A DNA stretch of 64,000 nucleotides, taken from IMG/VR virus record IMGVR_UViG_3300045284_000279, positions 5,761-69,760 of that record; one strand, 5' to 3'. The position numbers and the translations under genes were made by a program. The stretch is from a virus. Below are positions 63,891 to 64,000 of this stretch, piece by piece (the stretch's first letter is position 1; every line of letters starts with the position of its first letter). The notes beneath the pieces were generated by a model, which saw only the letters and a list, made by a program, of their open reading frames with translations, ran no database searches and was not told the origin of the DNA.

Positions 63891-64000
63891 ATGAAGAAGC
63901 TGGTTCACGCGGTCGCGCTGTTCTGCTCGCTGTTCTGCCATCACCACTCAGTCGAGGTTCACGTGGACTTCGAGCAGGCCTTCAACCTCCGCAGCGCGCA
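63891..64000 (+). CDS. partial CDS (runs off window)
   Basis: GAGGG RBS, ATG, MKKLVHAVALFCSLFCHH... Confidence 0.4.
   Translation, partial: MKKLVHAVALFCSLFCHHHSVEVHVDFEQAFNLRSA

Overview
The whole window is one continuous stretch of a GC-rich tailed dsDNA phage genome with siphovirus-type organisation, and essentially all real genes are on the + strand. The order is: replication/recombination genes (helicase-loader-like, HNH-like, Cas4-like nuclease, RuvC-like resolvase, DnaB, SSB) with an embedded putative DNA-glycosylation cassette (ParB-like, TAGT/GREB1-like glycosyltransferase, GT75/RGP-type nucleotide-sugar mutase, UDG-fold protein); about 12 kb of small accessory genes containing the separated terminase subunits; the head module (portal, split gpF, DUF2213-type protease/scaffold, encapsulin-like capsid); six consecutive signal-peptide-bearing genes (three are tandem paralogues) and a 20-aa repeat fibre-like protein; neck genes interrupted by a 5.8 kb amino-sugar/glycosyltransferase cassette; the tail (tube, frameshifted chaperone, tape measure, 1485-aa tip/fibre with S74 chaperone); lysis and carbohydrate-active genes; then a terminator, a promoter-like element and a ~700 nt non-coding region densely packed with stems, a candidate large structured RNA. 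The most notable candidates are (1) a furanose-sugar DNA modification system using a plant-type RGP/UDP-arabinopyranose mutase homologue, (2) the large structured ncRNA, (3) a virion glycosylation cassette plus exported structural-operon proteins, and (4) a probable -1 frameshift fusing the portal to the next head protein. All family assignments come from motif recognition by eye; no searches were run. No integrase, repressor, tRNA or CRISPR array was seen.
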